DNA of 32,000 nt from an uncultured archaeon (GCA_964426185.1 CAYRPF010000012.1:22459-54458); one strand, 5' to 3'. Counted from the stretch's first letter, positions 8,264 through 18,714 are shown. Translations and numbers: made by a program. The notes: generated by a model not told the origin, from the sequence alone.

Positions 8264-9757
8264 TTATTCATCCTTATTCATTAAAAAATTTCCGTGAGGT
8301 AAACATAAATCCTTACTCTTATCATAAACTAAATGCCCCCCTAGAATCACATATTCTATCTCAGCAGAAACTTGGAAAGAATCCCACGGAGTCCATTTTT
8401 GCTTACTTTTCATCTGCGCTTGTGAAATTTTGTAGGGGTCTGTCTTTCTTACAACTATTAAATCCGCATCCATCTGTGGTGCTATGATACCCTTTCGATT
8501 CAGTTTTAATAATTGCGCTGGGCGGGTAGAATACATGTTGACGAGTTGTTCTAACGAAATTTGATTTTCAAACACCTGGGAAAGCAAAATTTGACCCGCA
8601 AAATCAATCGATGGAAAACCTGAAGGTGCTGTGGAGAAATCTTGTTGTTTTTCTGCGAGAGTATGAGGGGCATGATCTGTACCGATGGTATCGATTTGAT
8701 TTTCTTGCCATTTTTTCTTTAAATTTTCTTGAATTTCTGCAGATCGCAGCGGAACGAGCACTTTTGCTTTATTTTCCGAAGAAAATAGCATGTCATAATT
8801 TAGAAATAAATGATGGGGGGAAGCTTCGATAGAACAAGGGTATCCTTTTTGTTTCAACATTAAATGAATTATTTCAACAACGTTGGCACTGGAAACATGC
8901 ACAAAATGAACATGCGGCGCTTGAGTAGGATCAGGAAAATACTTGTAGAGAAGGGAGATCAACATTTCCACCAAAGCTAATTCATTGGTGTAAACTGGAT
9001 GAGCTACATGATGAGCGAACAGATGGGGATTTGGAACTTTTTCGGTTTTTGCTATTTGTAGCCCATGTTCATATATCTTATGTCTTAAATTTGCTTCCCG
9101 CGGCAACTCTGGATGGAATAAAATCAATAAATCATGTTCTTTGGCTGTTTCAAAGAGTTTTTTCCAAGCGGGATACTCATTTTGAAAATTTTTCAAAATC
9201 TCGGGGATTTTTTGGGAAAATTCTGTAGGATCAAGATCACTACGCCACCCATCTTTCCATTGCAACTCAAGTTCTTCTGAAAAATCACCGGGGTATATTT
9301 TAATTCCCTGTATTCCTAATTTTTTCATTTCAGGTATGTTTGAGAGCGAAAAACCGGCTTTAACCGATGCATAATAACCTATATTGCAATAAACGGGTTG
9401 GGATTTGATTTTCTGCCAATATTTTTTCAAAACTGTCGGCGTTGATAATGGTGGGATTGTATTCGGCATGGTAACTACGCTGGTTACTCCGCCGTGCAAA
9501 GCTCCTTTCGAGCCAGATTCTAAAGTTTCTTTTGAAGCTTGTTCCATATCGCGAAAATGCACATGCATGTCAATAAATCCAGGAATAATCAATGCTTGCT
9601 GAACATCTATAATTGTTTCAGAATTTCGTCTAATATATGCTCCTTCTCCTATTTGTTGAATAGAATTGCCTTCAATAACTAAGAATCCGGATATAATTTT
9701 ATTTTGAGTGAAAATTTGACCGTTTGTTAAAATCAGTCGAGAAATTGGGGCTTCCAT
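8264..9757 (-). CDS. pyrC: Dihydroorotase-family cyclic amidohydrolase
   Basis: PGFIDMHVHFR, GGVTSVVTMPNT, KIY (carbamylatable Lys), EASPHHL, IGTDHAPH; retains the DHOase substrate residues R/N/H. Confidence 0.78.
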   Translation of the reverse strand: MEAPISRLILTNGQIFTQNKIISGFLVIEGNSIQQIGEGAYIRRNSETIIDVQQALIIPGFIDMHVHFRDMEQASKETLESGSKGALHGGVTSVVTMPNTIPPLSTPTVLKKYWQKIKSQPVYCNIGYYASVKAGFSLSNIPEMKKLGIQGIKIYPGDFSEELELQWKDGWRSDLDPTEFSQKIPEILKNFQNEYPAWKKLFETAKEHDLLILFHPELPREANLRHKIYEHGLQIAKTEKVPNPHLFAHHVAHPVYTNELALVEMLISLLYKYFPDPTQAPHVHFVHVSSANVVEIIHLMLKQKGYPCSIEASPHHLFLNYDMLFSSENKAKVLVPLRSAEIQENLKKKWQENQIDTIGTDHAPHTLAEKQQDFSTAPSGFPSIDFAGQILLSQVFENQISLEQLVNMYSTRPAQLLKLNRKGIIAPQMDADLIVVRKTDPYKISQAQMKSKQKWTPWDSFQVSAEIEYVILGGHLVYDKSKDLCLPHGNFLMNKDE

Positions 9758-9775
9758 TATCGTTCCTCAATTTTA

Positions 9776-11236
9776 TTACCATAAATACTTTTTCCGCTTC
9801 TTTTTCTGACCCTGTGCCATCATTTGTTGCAGTTGGTTAATATCCATACCTTTGGGAAGTCCACCAGATAAATCTCCTAGATTTTCCATTCCCGGAATAT
9901 TCGGTGTTGCTCCTTTTTTACCGCGTACCTTTTTCCCAAACATATTTTTCATTACACGGTTCATTTGGCGCCATTGATCTAGAAGTTTTTTAACATCAGT
10001 ATAACTCGTTCCACTTCCTTTTGAAATACGCGAGATTCGAGTTTTTTTAATAATTATGGGATCATCTTTTTCTTCTTGGGTCATTGATTGAAGCATTACC
10101 TTAATTTTTTCCATGTTGGCAGTGGCGGCAATTTTAAACTGATCTGGTAAATTTTGACCTCCTAACATTCCGATGATCTTTTTCACACCACCCATTTTCT
10201 GGATAGATTGAAGCTGCATATACATATCCGTAAGGGTAAACTTTCCTTTTTTGATGCGTTTAGCCATATCTTCTTGGTCTTCTTCATCAATACCCAATTC
10301 TTCGATTTTTTCCAGTAAACCTTCGATATCGGGGATACCCATTAAGTTTCCTACAAATTTGGTAGGATCAAATGGTTCCAAATCATCAACGCGCTCTCCA
10401 ACTCCAATGAATTTGATGGGTGCTTTAGCTGCAGCTGCTGCTGAGAGGGCACCACCACCCTTGGCAGAACCATCTAGTTTTGTGATTATAATACTGCCTA
10501 CATGAGTCGATTCCGCAAAAGCCTTGGCCTGTGAATAGGCTTGTTGGCCAAGGGTCCCATCAATTACCAGTAATGTTTCATTGGGCTTAATTACCGATTC
10601 TAATTTTACCATTTCGTTCATCAGATCGGTTTCTTGCTTATGGCGTCCTGCAGTATCAACAATGATTAAATCTCGTTTGTCTTTTCCTTTTGCCTGCAGG
10701 AAATGTTTCATCCCTTTTTTCGCAATTTTTATCGCATTTTTCTCTTTGGGCATCCCAAAATGTGGTACACCAATTGAATCCATAGTTTGTGTCATTTGAT
10801 CATAAGCACCGGGTCGCCAAGTATCTGTACAAATCGCTCCAACCTTAAAACCTCTTTTTTTGTAGTAGTTTGCGAGTTTTCCCACTGTGGTAGTTTTTCC
10901 ACTACCTTGGATACCTACGAGCATAATTACGGATTGTTTTCCCGTCTTAATTCTTTTCGGGGCTTCTTTCCCACCCAAAATTTCAATGAGTTGATCGTGC
11001 AGTAGTTTTATAATAAATTCCTTACGGTCGATTTGCGTGTTGATACGTTGGTCCATGGCCTGTTTTTTGATAGCATCGGTAACTTGCAAGCAGATTTCGA
11101 CTTTTACATCGGCCATCAAGAGCGCCCGTTGCAGTTCTTGGAGAATAGCATTAATGGTATCCTTGTCAATTTCCGGCAGTCGGCGAATTTTCCGAATTAA
11201 ACTATCCAACGATTTTCCCAATGAATCTAGAACCAA
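9776..11236 (-). CDS. srp54: Signal recognition particle protein SRP54
   Basis: GIQGSGKTTT, DTWRPGAYDQ, DTAGRH, TKLDGSAKGGGALS, Met-rich M domain; TTG start after AGGTG. Confidence 0.98.
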   Translation of the reverse strand: MVLDSLGKSLDSLIRKIRRLPEIDKDTINAILQELQRALLMADVKVEICLQVTDAIKKQAMDQRINTQIDRKEFIIKLLHDQLIEILGGKEAPKRIKTGKQSVIMLVGIQGSGKTTTVGKLANYYKKRGFKVGAICTDTWRPGAYDQMTQTMDSIGVPHFGMPKEKNAIKIAKKGMKHFLQAKGKDKRDLIIVDTAGRHKQETDLMNEMVKLESVIKPNETLLVIDGTLGQQAYSQAKAFAESTHVGSIIITKLDGSAKGGGALSAAAAAKAPIKFIGVGERVDDLEPFDPTKFVGNLMGIPDIEGLLEKIEELGIDEEDQEDMAKRIKKGKFTLTDMYMQLQSIQKMGGVKKIIGMLGGQNLPDQFKIAATANMEKIKVMLQSMTQEEKDDPIIIKKTRISRISKGSGTSYTDVKKLLDQWRQMNRVMKNMFGKKVRGKKGATPNIPGMENLGDLSGGLPKGMDINQLQQMMAQGQKKKRKKYLW

Positions 11237-11379
11237 TTGTATTCACACCTATAGAATATAGAATGATCAAAAATGCGATCGAAATCTTACTACACTAGAA
11301 GAAGGAAAGGTTGAAAATTTTTTGGATTTCAGAACGGGAAAAATTATAAGATGTGATTTTTTAGTTGTTAGTGATTTTG

Positions 11380-12396
11380 ATGGAACGAATTTCTACATTT
11401 TTTTCTAAATTTTCGTCTGTTTTACGAAAAAAGCAGATTTTGATTCCAATCATAGTATCTTTGATTCTTGGAACATTGTATGGGGGTTCATATTGGATAA
11501 TTCAATCGAGTATCGATTCACAGTTAGAAAGCAAAATGGAATTACCTATGCAAGGTGCCAATCCAATCATTTTGAAAAATATTTCTTTATTATCCATGTC
11601 TCCAGATTATTTGGATTTTAACTTTATATTTTCTTTAAATGAATCAAGTTCTGGTTCTCTACCTTCCGTCGAGGTAAAATTACATTACTTTCTTCTATTT
11701 TATGAAGCAGATCAAATTTCTTCTCTAACATTTCCCTATTCCCCTGGAGATGTGATTAATTTAAAATCTTCTAACTTCTCAATAAAGGTGCGTGTTGATA
11801 TCAGTAATCAAACCAGAATTAACAATATTTTCAATAGGATGATTCAAAAAGAGAATGTTTCATTACATGTTAAAGGTAAATTTAAAGTGCTTGGAATCGG
11901 GGTGATTTATCCACTGTTTTCAATTGATCAAAATATTATTCTACCTCCTCTAGAAGAAGGGGATGAATTATTGGATTTTAAATTTCGAAATATCCAAATT
12001 GTGGAAAAAGAAATGAAACTAAATATAGATTATCGACTTAAAGTCAAGAACCCTCTGAATTTCTCATTTAGTCTTTTGGGTGTTCAAGGAAATCTCTATT
12101 TTGATGATCCCGATGGAGTAGGTATTTTAAATCCTAGAAATAATATATTTCTTATGTCTTTTGATTATAATTGGACCGATAATCCTTTTGTTTTGCACTC
12201 AAATGCTGCAAATAGCAAAGATTTAATGCTTAACATAGATATTCCTGATTTATTTACTACATCTCGGCTTGTAGATGAAATAACAAATGATCAATTAAAG
12301 TTTAATATTAAAGGTGGAGTTTTAATAATTCAATTGCAAGATGCTGTAGTTGAATGGGAATTTAACTTGGAAAAAATACCAATTTCTACTACTTAG
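11380..12396 (+). CDS. Single-pass membrane protein with two predicted beta-rich (LEA_2/WHy-like) domains
   Basis: N-terminal TM (ILIPIIVSLILGTLYGGSYWII); LKVKNPLNFSFSL resembles the LEA_2 V.NPN motif; fold assignment is tentative. Confidence 0.55.
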   Translation: MERISTFFSKFSSVLRKKQILIPIIVSLILGTLYGGSYWIIQSSIDSQLESKMELPMQGANPIILKNISLLSMSPDYLDFNFIFSLNESSSGSLPSVEVKLHYFLLFYEADQISSLTFPYSPGDVINLKSSNFSIKVRVDISNQTRINNIFNRMIQKENVSLHVKGKFKVLGIGVIYPLFSIDQNIILPPLEEGDELLDFKFRNIQIVEKEMKLNIDYRLKVKNPLNFSFSLLGVQGNLYFDDPDGVGILNPRNNIFLMSFDYNWTDNPFVLHSNAANSKDLMLNIDIPDLFTTSRLVDEITNDQLKFNIKGGVLIIQLQDAVVEWEFNLEKIPISTT

Positions 12397-12400
12397 GTTG

Positions 12401-13138
12401 CTATTTTTTGTTAGAAATTTGGGTGATTATCTGTGGTAAAATCGAAATTAGGTGAGATACATCAGGTAATATGAAATCTGCTTGCTCTTTTTCCAGTTCT
12501 TCTCGACTGGAAAATCCTGAAAGTACTCCAATTGTAGTACAACCTACCGCCTTTCCCGCTTGAATGTCGTTTTTCATATCACCAATCATTACGATGTTTT
12601 TTAAGGGGATATTCCATTTTTTAGCCAAATGGATTATACCAGCAGGGTTTGGTTTCATTTTTTTTACCATATCTCGTCCCAATATATTATTTTCGAATGG
12701 ATCCAATAGATTTTCACGATTTTGAAATCGATCTTTGATTTCTAGCATACTGGATGTAGTTAATATGCCCACTTGACCCCTACGCTTTATTATTTCTTGG
12801 ACTGCTTTGACCGCTCCAGGAAAAAGGGGACAATTGGTTATTTCTCTTTTATAGACTATATTGCATTTTTTAATAAATTTTAGGCGATGATACCATGGAA
12901 CTCCAAAAAATTTTGCAATTTTCATGAATATTCGAAAGATAATGAAGTTAGTTCCATTTTCGCCCAAAATATTGAGAATTTTTCTTTCCAAATTGGGATC
13001 ATGAGGATGATTAATATCATATCCCATTTCTTCCAGAGCTAAATATGGTAATTTTCGGGCTAATTCGATATCATCTAGCAATGTTCCATCGAGATCAAAT
13101 ATAAAGCCATAATCAGCCAGTGATTTTTCTTCTTCCAT
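12401..13138 (-). CDS. HAD-superfamily hydrolase (phosphoglycolate phosphatase-like)
   Basis: Motif I FDLDGTL, motif II LTTS, motif III KPNP, motif IV MIGDMKNDIQAG. Confidence 0.92.
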   Translation of the reverse strand: MEEEKSLADYGFIFDLDGTLLDDIELARKLPYLALEEMGYDINHPHDPNLERKILNILGENGTNFIIFRIFMKIAKFFGVPWYHRLKFIKKCNIVYKREITNCPLFPGAVKAVQEIIKRRGQVGILTTSSMLEIKDRFQNRENLLDPFENNILGRDMVKKMKPNPAGIIHLAKKWNIPLKNIVMIGDMKNDIQAGKAVGCTTIGVLSGFSSREELEKEQADFILPDVSHLISILPQIITQISNKK

Positions 13139-13296
13139 AAGATTCGTATAATAAAAAAAAATCGTTTCTTATAAATTGCACCTTTCCAAAATTTCTTATC
13201 TGGTGAAAAAGCACAAAATTCAAAAAAACTGAGATGTTATTAGAAGATATATAAAAATGTGCTAATTCACATTTTTCAAAAAACCGACGTGATATT

Positions 13297-13740
13297 ATGG
13301 CAAGAAAGTCAGCAAATAATTTGAAGAAAGGAAATTACTTTGTTAATCCTGATGATAATGAGCCTTATTTAGTTTTATCCAACGATCATTCTAAATCGGG
13401 GAAACACGGACATGCAAAATCCCGTATTGGATGTGTGGGATTATTTACCGGTAAGAAAAAATCCTTAACCATGACCGCAGATACCACATTAGATGTACCC
13501 GAAATCCAAAAACGCCAAGGGCAGCTCATTGATATAAATGAAATGGATAGAAACGTGCAAGTAATGGATTTGGAGTCCTATGAAACATTTGATATTGCTT
13601 TTCCTCTAGATGGAACTGATTCAGAAACTCAAAAATTACTTGATTTATTGAACGATCAAAGCATCTGGGGAGAAGTCACCATTGAATTTTGGACTGTCAT
13701 GGGACGTTCATTCGTAACCCGTGTGGTTTTGCCGAAATAA
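13297..13740 (+). CDS. eif5a: Translation factor a/eIF-5A
   Basis: Hypusination loop SKSGKHGHAK; GLFTGKKK; VQVMDLESYETF. Confidence 0.96.
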   Translation: MARKSANNLKKGNYFVNPDDNEPYLVLSNDHSKSGKHGHAKSRIGCVGLFTGKKKSLTMTADTTLDVPEIQKRQGQLIDINEMDRNVQVMDLESYETFDIAFPLDGTDSETQKLLDLLNDQSIWGEVTIEFWTVMGRSFVTRVVLPK

Positions 13741-13778
13741 TCTCCTTTTTTAGATATTCTTTTTTTGCGGTGTCCGTT

Positions 13779-14711
13779 GTGAATGAAAATCCAGATATTA
13801 AATCACGTGAGAAAGGTGATGATCGAGCAATAGGTATTGCCTGTCGGTTAGATTCGCCTGAAGCGCTAAAGATTGTGCAATTTATAACTGATTTCCTTCT
13901 AAAACGAAATGAACGGATAGCATATGAAACTCGGATTTCGTCCAAATTTATTCGTCATTTTGCAAGAAGTCTGGGAGATATGACCACAGATAACACTAAA
14001 TTTGTGATTTCTGTGGGAGGGGATGGAACTGTTTTACGTGTATGCCAAAATCTTCCTAAAAAAAAGATTCCTCCTATATTGGGGGTTAATTTAGGCTCTG
14101 TTGGATTTTTGGATGAATCCATGGGTAATCCTGAATCGTTAAAGTTGGATTTAGAGAAAGTTCTTTCGGGAAAATTTTGCATTGAGCATGCGGCACGATT
14201 GGTTACCAGAATTGGAAATCATATCTTACCGGTAGCTCTTAACGAAGTGTTAATAATTTCCTCAAAGCCTTCAAAAGTGCTTTATACGAATATTATGGTG
14301 GATGATCAAAATTTTACTTCCAGCTATTTAGATGGATTGATAATTTCAACTCACACAGGTTCAACCGCCTATGCTCTTTCTGCTGGAGGATGCCTACTTG
14401 ATCCTCGCCTTAATGGATTTGAGATTGTTCCTCTTAATCCTTTTGCAGGTACTGGTGTATTTCGACCTTTAATTGTTCCCACTTCTGCGAAAATTCAAAT
14501 CAAACTTCAACGTCCGCGTTTAAATGGGCTGGTAATTATAGATGGACAAAGTGAATATAAAGTAAGTCCGCAAGTTAAAATTACTATTAGTCGGGCACCT
14601 ACCGATATAAAATTTATTCGATTCCATAGTCAGTTAGGTGGTTATTTTGATAAAGTTCGAGAAAAAATACTTTTTTCGCGTAAATTAGCGGATGATAGCT
14701 TAGAAGATTAG
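13779..14711 (+). CDS. nadK: NAD(+) kinase
   Basis: GGDGT, GVNLGSVGFL, ALNE, DGLIISTHTGSTAYALSAGG, IDGQ. Start moved to GTG 13779 (after GCGGTG) because the track start overlaps eIF5A. Confidence 0.93.
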   Translation: MNENPDIKSREKGDDRAIGIACRLDSPEALKIVQFITDFLLKRNERIAYETRISSKFIRHFARSLGDMTTDNTKFVISVGGDGTVLRVCQNLPKKKIPPILGVNLGSVGFLDESMGNPESLKLDLEKVLSGKFCIEHAARLVTRIGNHILPVALNEVLIISSKPSKVLYTNIMVDDQNFTSSYLDGLIISTHTGSTAYALSAGGCLLDPRLNGFEIVPLNPFAGTGVFRPLIVPTSAKIQIKLQRPRLNGLVIIDGQSEYKVSPQVKITISRAPTDIKFIRFHSQLGGYFDKVREKILFSRKLADDSLED

Positions 14712-14714
14712 AAG

Positions 14715-15248
14715 ATGGGCACAAATTTTTACATCTTGGATAATACTGCGTTTGCCGCTGGATTGAATTTAAATATTTTAGAAGAAGATTCAGCTACAAT
14801 CTTCCTCACCACTCCAGAAATAATTGAAGAAGCGCAAAAGAACAAAAAATCTTCACAAATGCTTTCGATTGCGTTATTCCAAAATAAAATTCAATTATAT
14901 TCATCAAGTAATTCTTCAATTTCCTATGTCAAAAAACAAGCACAGCAGAGCGGCGATATTGGTGCCCTTTCCGAACCAGATATTTCCATATTAAGTTTGG
15001 CATACGAATGGCAGAAGAACAATCCAGAGGCTGAAGTATTATTAATTTCAGATGACTATTCCGTGCAAAACACTGCAGAATTTTTAAAAATTTCCTTTAA
15101 ACCGCTCCAGCAAGACGGAATTCGCCATAAAATATCTTGGGAAGTCTTCTGTCCCCATTGTTTTCGTCGTTTTTCTTCTCTTCAACTTGGAAAAACTTGT
15201 CCAATTTGCGGAGCTAAGTTGAAACGACGCCGTAAAAAAGAAAAGTAA
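14715..15248 (+). CDS. nob1: Nob1 endoribonuclease (PIN domain + Zn ribbon), SSU rRNA 3' maturation
   Basis: ILDNTAF, GDIGALSEPDISIL, ISDDYSVQN, CPHC...CPICG..LKRR. Confidence 0.92.
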   Translation: MGTNFYILDNTAFAAGLNLNILEEDSATIFLTTPEIIEEAQKNKKSSQMLSIALFQNKIQLYSSSNSSISYVKKQAQQSGDIGALSEPDISILSLAYEWQKNNPEAEVLLISDDYSVQNTAEFLKISFKPLQQDGIRHKISWEVFCPHCFRRFSSLQLGKTCPICGAKLKRRRKKEK

Positions 15249-15351
15249 TTCCATTTGTTAACGGAATAGTAAAAGATTACTTTAAATATGCACGCAGTTA
15301 TATTTTTTAAAACATTAAATTATTAACGATATAATTTAAGAGGTGATCCTT

Positions 15352-16416
15352 TTGGGGGTTGATTTAAATCCACTGGTAAAGGATGTTAAAAAATTAATTA
15401 AATTTGAAGATTTGGTAGGAAAAAGAATTGCAATAGATGCTTTTAACACTATTTATCAATTTTTGGCAATTATTCGAGGGAGAGATGGAACTCCACTGAA
15501 AGATTATCAAGGAAATGTTACCTCACATCTATCTGGGTTATTTTATCGCTCTCTAAATCTTATAGAACATGACATTCGACCAATCTTTGTATTTGATGGA
15601 AATCCAAATCCATTTAAACAAGCTGAAATTGAACGTAGAAGAGAAATTCGTTTGGAAGCCCGAAAAAAGTTTGAAGAAGCAAGAGATTTGGGTGAAACTG
15701 AAACTGCGGCAAAATATGCCCAAGCATCTTCTAAACTTACAAGTGAGATGATTCAAGAAAGTAAGGAATTATTAGTAACCCTCGGGATTCCTGTTGTGGA
15801 TGCTGCGCAAGATGGAGAATCTCAAGCAGCATATTTAGTTTCTACAAATAAAGCTTGGGCAGTTGGATCACAAGATTATGACGCGTTTCTCTTCGGAGCA
15901 GAAAGGGTAATTCGTAATCTTTCCATGAGCCGGACTCGTAAAGTGCGTTCTACTACAATTACTGTGGATTTAGAATGGTTGAATTTGAAAAAAATTCTCG
16001 AACATACCCATCTATCTCGAGAGCAGCTTATTGACATTGGGATTTTGGTTGGAGTAGATTTCTTTCCTGGGATAAAGGGTGTTGGAGTAAAAACTGCCTA
16101 TAAATTAGTTCAAGAACATCAATCTCTTGAGGCAATGTTAGAAAAAGATATTGAAATCCGACACAAAAAAATAACTGATTCACTAGATATCAATACTATG
16201 AAAGCCGTAAAGGAGATTTTTCTAAATCCAGTTGTGAATAATGATATTCCCCCTTTAAAATGGAAATCACCACAAGTGGAAAAAGTGAGAGAAATTCTGG
16301 TAGAAAAGCATAATTTCAACCCAGAACGAGTTGATTCTGGATTAAATCGGTTGAAAAAACGGGGAACAGCACGACAAAGATCGATTTCGGATTTTTTCAC
16401 CACCAAAAAAGAATAA
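15352..16416 (+). CDS. fen: Flap endonuclease 1
   Basis: (M)GV start at TTG 15352 after GAGGTGA; IAIDAFNTIYQFL, TSHLSGLFYR, FVFDG, DGESQAA, SQDYD, GIKGVGVKTA; C-terminal PIP box QRSISDFF. Confidence 0.97.
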   Translation: MGVDLNPLVKDVKKLIKFEDLVGKRIAIDAFNTIYQFLAIIRGRDGTPLKDYQGNVTSHLSGLFYRSLNLIEHDIRPIFVFDGNPNPFKQAEIERRREIRLEARKKFEEARDLGETETAAKYAQASSKLTSEMIQESKELLVTLGIPVVDAAQDGESQAAYLVSTNKAWAVGSQDYDAFLFGAERVIRNLSMSRTRKVRSTTITVDLEWLNLKKILEHTHLSREQLIDIGILVGVDFFPGIKGVGVKTAYKLVQEHQSLEAMLEKDIEIRHKKITDSLDINTMKAVKEIFLNPVVNNDIPPLKWKSPQVEKVREILVEKHNFNPERVDSGLNRLKKRGTARQRSISDFFTTKKE

Positions 16417-16476
16417 TATTTGGCGATCAGAATTTTTTTACGAAGAGGTTCATTTAAAGGATTGAGAAAAAAGAAA

Positions 16477-18714
16477 ATGAGTACTAACAACGATTCAGAC
16501 GGAACGAGCATGGGAAATTCCGAAATCAAACTGAAAGTACAAGAAGCAAGGAAAAGAGACGTTGGGCGATCCATTATTAGGTTAGATGCAAAAACTATGA
16601 AACTCTTGAATGCAAATACTGGGGATATTATTCAAATCCGCGGGGATGAACGTATTACCGCCGCTATCGCCTGGCCTGCTTATCCACAAGATCAAGGGTT
16701 GGAAATTGTCCGTATCGATAGTCGAGTTAGAAATAATGCCAATGTTGGCATTGATGATTATATTTACATTTCAAAGGTTGAAGAAGTTCACGCAAAATCA
16801 GTCGTCCTTGCCCCTGTGTCTTTAAAAATTAAACCAAATACTCGATTTGAAAGCTTTGTTAAGCGAAAACTTTTAAATTTTCCCGTGGCAAAAGGAGATC
16901 TTATTTATATCAATATCGGAATGACAAAAGAAATAGTATTTCGGATTATATCCTTAAAACCAGCTGGAATCTGCTTAGTAAAGCAATCTACTTCTTTATC
17001 AATTAATGAAACTTCCATAGATGAAACCTCTACTGGCATTCCTTACATAACATATGAAGATATTGGTGGTTTAGATCGAGAAATTCAGCAAGTCCGTGAA
17101 ATGGTGGAATTACCATTGAAACATCCTGAAATTTTCAATAGATTGGGAATTGATCCTCCTAAAGGTGTTCTTCTCCGTGGACCACCTGGATGTGGGAAGA
17201 CCTTATTGGCTAAAGCAGTTGCAAATGAAAGTCAAGCCCATTTTATTTCCATTAACGGACCGGAAATTATGAGTAAATTTTATGGGGAATCTGAGAAAAA
17301 ACTTAGATCTCTGTTTAAAGAAGCCGAGGAGAAATCACCTAGTATTATTTTTATTGATGAAATTGATGCTATTGCTCCCAAGCGCGAAAATGTGACCGGA
17401 GAAGTTGAACGTCGTGTAGTTGCTCAAATGTTAGCCTTAATGGATGGCTTAGAGACACGTGGTAGGGTTATTATAATTGGTGCAACTAATCGACCCAATG
17501 CTGTTGATCCTGCATTACGTAGGCCTGGGCGCTTTGATCGAGAATTAGAGATGAAAGTTCCAGGAGAAACAGGAAGATTGGAAATATTGCAGATTCATAC
17601 TCGAAAAATGCCATTAGATGATAGTGTTAAATTGCAAGAAATCGCAAGAATTACTCATGGTTATGTTGGGGCAGATATTGCCAGTCTTGTTCGAGAAACT
17701 GGAATGGCTGCTTTAAGACGTTATCTTCCGGAGATAAACATCGATGTAGAAGAAATTGACCCAGAATTGTTGGAAATCATGTATGTGAAAAGTATTGATT
17801 TCGACCATGCGTTTAAGGAAATTATCCCGTCAGGTATTCGGGAAGTATTTGTGGAAATTCCCAGTGTTCACTGGAATGACGTAGGAGGATTGGAATATAC
17901 TAAACAGCAATTAATTGAATCAGTAGAATGGCCTATAAAAAACCCGAAAGCATATGAAAGGATGGGTGTTGATCCGCCATCAGGAGTCTTACTCTATGGC
18001 CCTCCCGGTTGTGGGAAAACCTTACTTGCCCGTGCTGTAGCAACTGAATCTGAAGCAAATTTTATATCCATCAAAGGTCCCGAATTAATTTCTAAATGGG
18101 TTGGGGAAAGTGAAAAAGCCGTTCGCGAAGTTTTTCGGAAGGCGAAACTGGCTGCGCCGTGCATTATTTTCTTTGATGAACTTGATTCAATTGCACCACG
18201 TCGTGGTTCTGGAGGCACAGATGCTGGGGTTACTGAACGAGTTATATCTCAATTGCTAACAGAATTAGATGGAATTTCCCAATCTCATGATATAATCATG
18301 ATTGCCGCCACAAATCGACCCGATATCATGGATCCTGCGCTAATTCGTCCAGGTCGCATTGATCGATTATCTTATGTTCCTCCTCCCAGTTTTGAAGATC
18401 GAATTGAAATCTTAAAAATTTTCACGAAATCCATGCCTCTAGGTAAAGAAGTGGTGATTGAAGAATTGGCACGGCTAACAGAATTCTTTTCAGGAGCAGA
18501 TATTGAATCTCTTTGCCGTGAAGCTGCAATTCGAGCCTTACGTGAAAATATTCGAGCCAAAACCATACAACCTCATCATTTTAGTGAAGCATTGGAAGAA
18601 ATGAGACCAAGTGCAACTCGGGAAGTCTGTGAATCCTATGAGAAATTTGAAGAAACAATAAAAAGTAGAAAATTAGGATCGACCTCACATAGAGGCACAG
18701 ATCTTTATACCTAA
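16477..18714 (+). CDS. cdc48: Cdc48/VCP/VAT-family double AAA+ ATPase
   Basis: N domain plus two AAA modules (GPPGCGKT twice, IFIDEID and IFFDELD, SRH RPGRFD and RPGRID); C-terminal HbYX tail DLYT; start ATG 16477. Confidence 0.97.
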   Translation: MSTNNDSDGTSMGNSEIKLKVQEARKRDVGRSIIRLDAKTMKLLNANTGDIIQIRGDERITAAIAWPAYPQDQGLEIVRIDSRVRNNANVGIDDYIYISKVEEVHAKSVVLAPVSLKIKPNTRFESFVKRKLLNFPVAKGDLIYINIGMTKEIVFRIISLKPAGICLVKQSTSLSINETSIDETSTGIPYITYEDIGGLDREIQQVREMVELPLKHPEIFNRLGIDPPKGVLLRGPPGCGKTLLAKAVANESQAHFISINGPEIMSKFYGESEKKLRSLFKEAEEKSPSIIFIDEIDAIAPKRENVTGEVERRVVAQMLALMDGLETRGRVIIIGATNRPNAVDPALRRPGRFDRELEMKVPGETGRLEILQIHTRKMPLDDSVKLQEIARITHGYVGADIASLVRETGMAALRRYLPEINIDVEEIDPELLEIMYVKSIDFDHAFKEIIPSGIREVFVEIPSVHWNDVGGLEYTKQQLIESVEWPIKNPKAYERMGVDPPSGVLLYGPPGCGKTLLARAVATESEANFISIKGPELISKWVGESEKAVREVFRKAKLAAPCIIFFDELDSIAPRRGSGGTDAGVTERVISQLLTELDGISQSHDIIMIAATNRPDIMDPALIRPGRIDRLSYVPPPSFEDRIEILKIFTKSMPLGKEVVIEELARLTEFFSGADIESLCREAAIRALRENIRAKTIQPHHFSEALEEMRPSATREVCESYEKFEETIKSRKLGSTSHRGTDLYT

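Noticed and set aside
13689-13778. N-terminal extension of nadK overlapping eIF5A (similarly the extensions at 372, 2759, 16420, 23713 and 27200)
   Set aside because: The extensions run through T-tracts, promoter-like DNA or neighbouring genes; downstream starts fit family N-termini better.
16119-16574. 151-aa minus-strand ORF, and the other short antisense or alternate-frame ORFs in the track (e.g. 5400-5693, 20920-21300, 21921-22223, 23991-24314, 27560-27871)
   Set aside because: They overlap well-supported genes and show no domain signatures; typical shadow ORFs.
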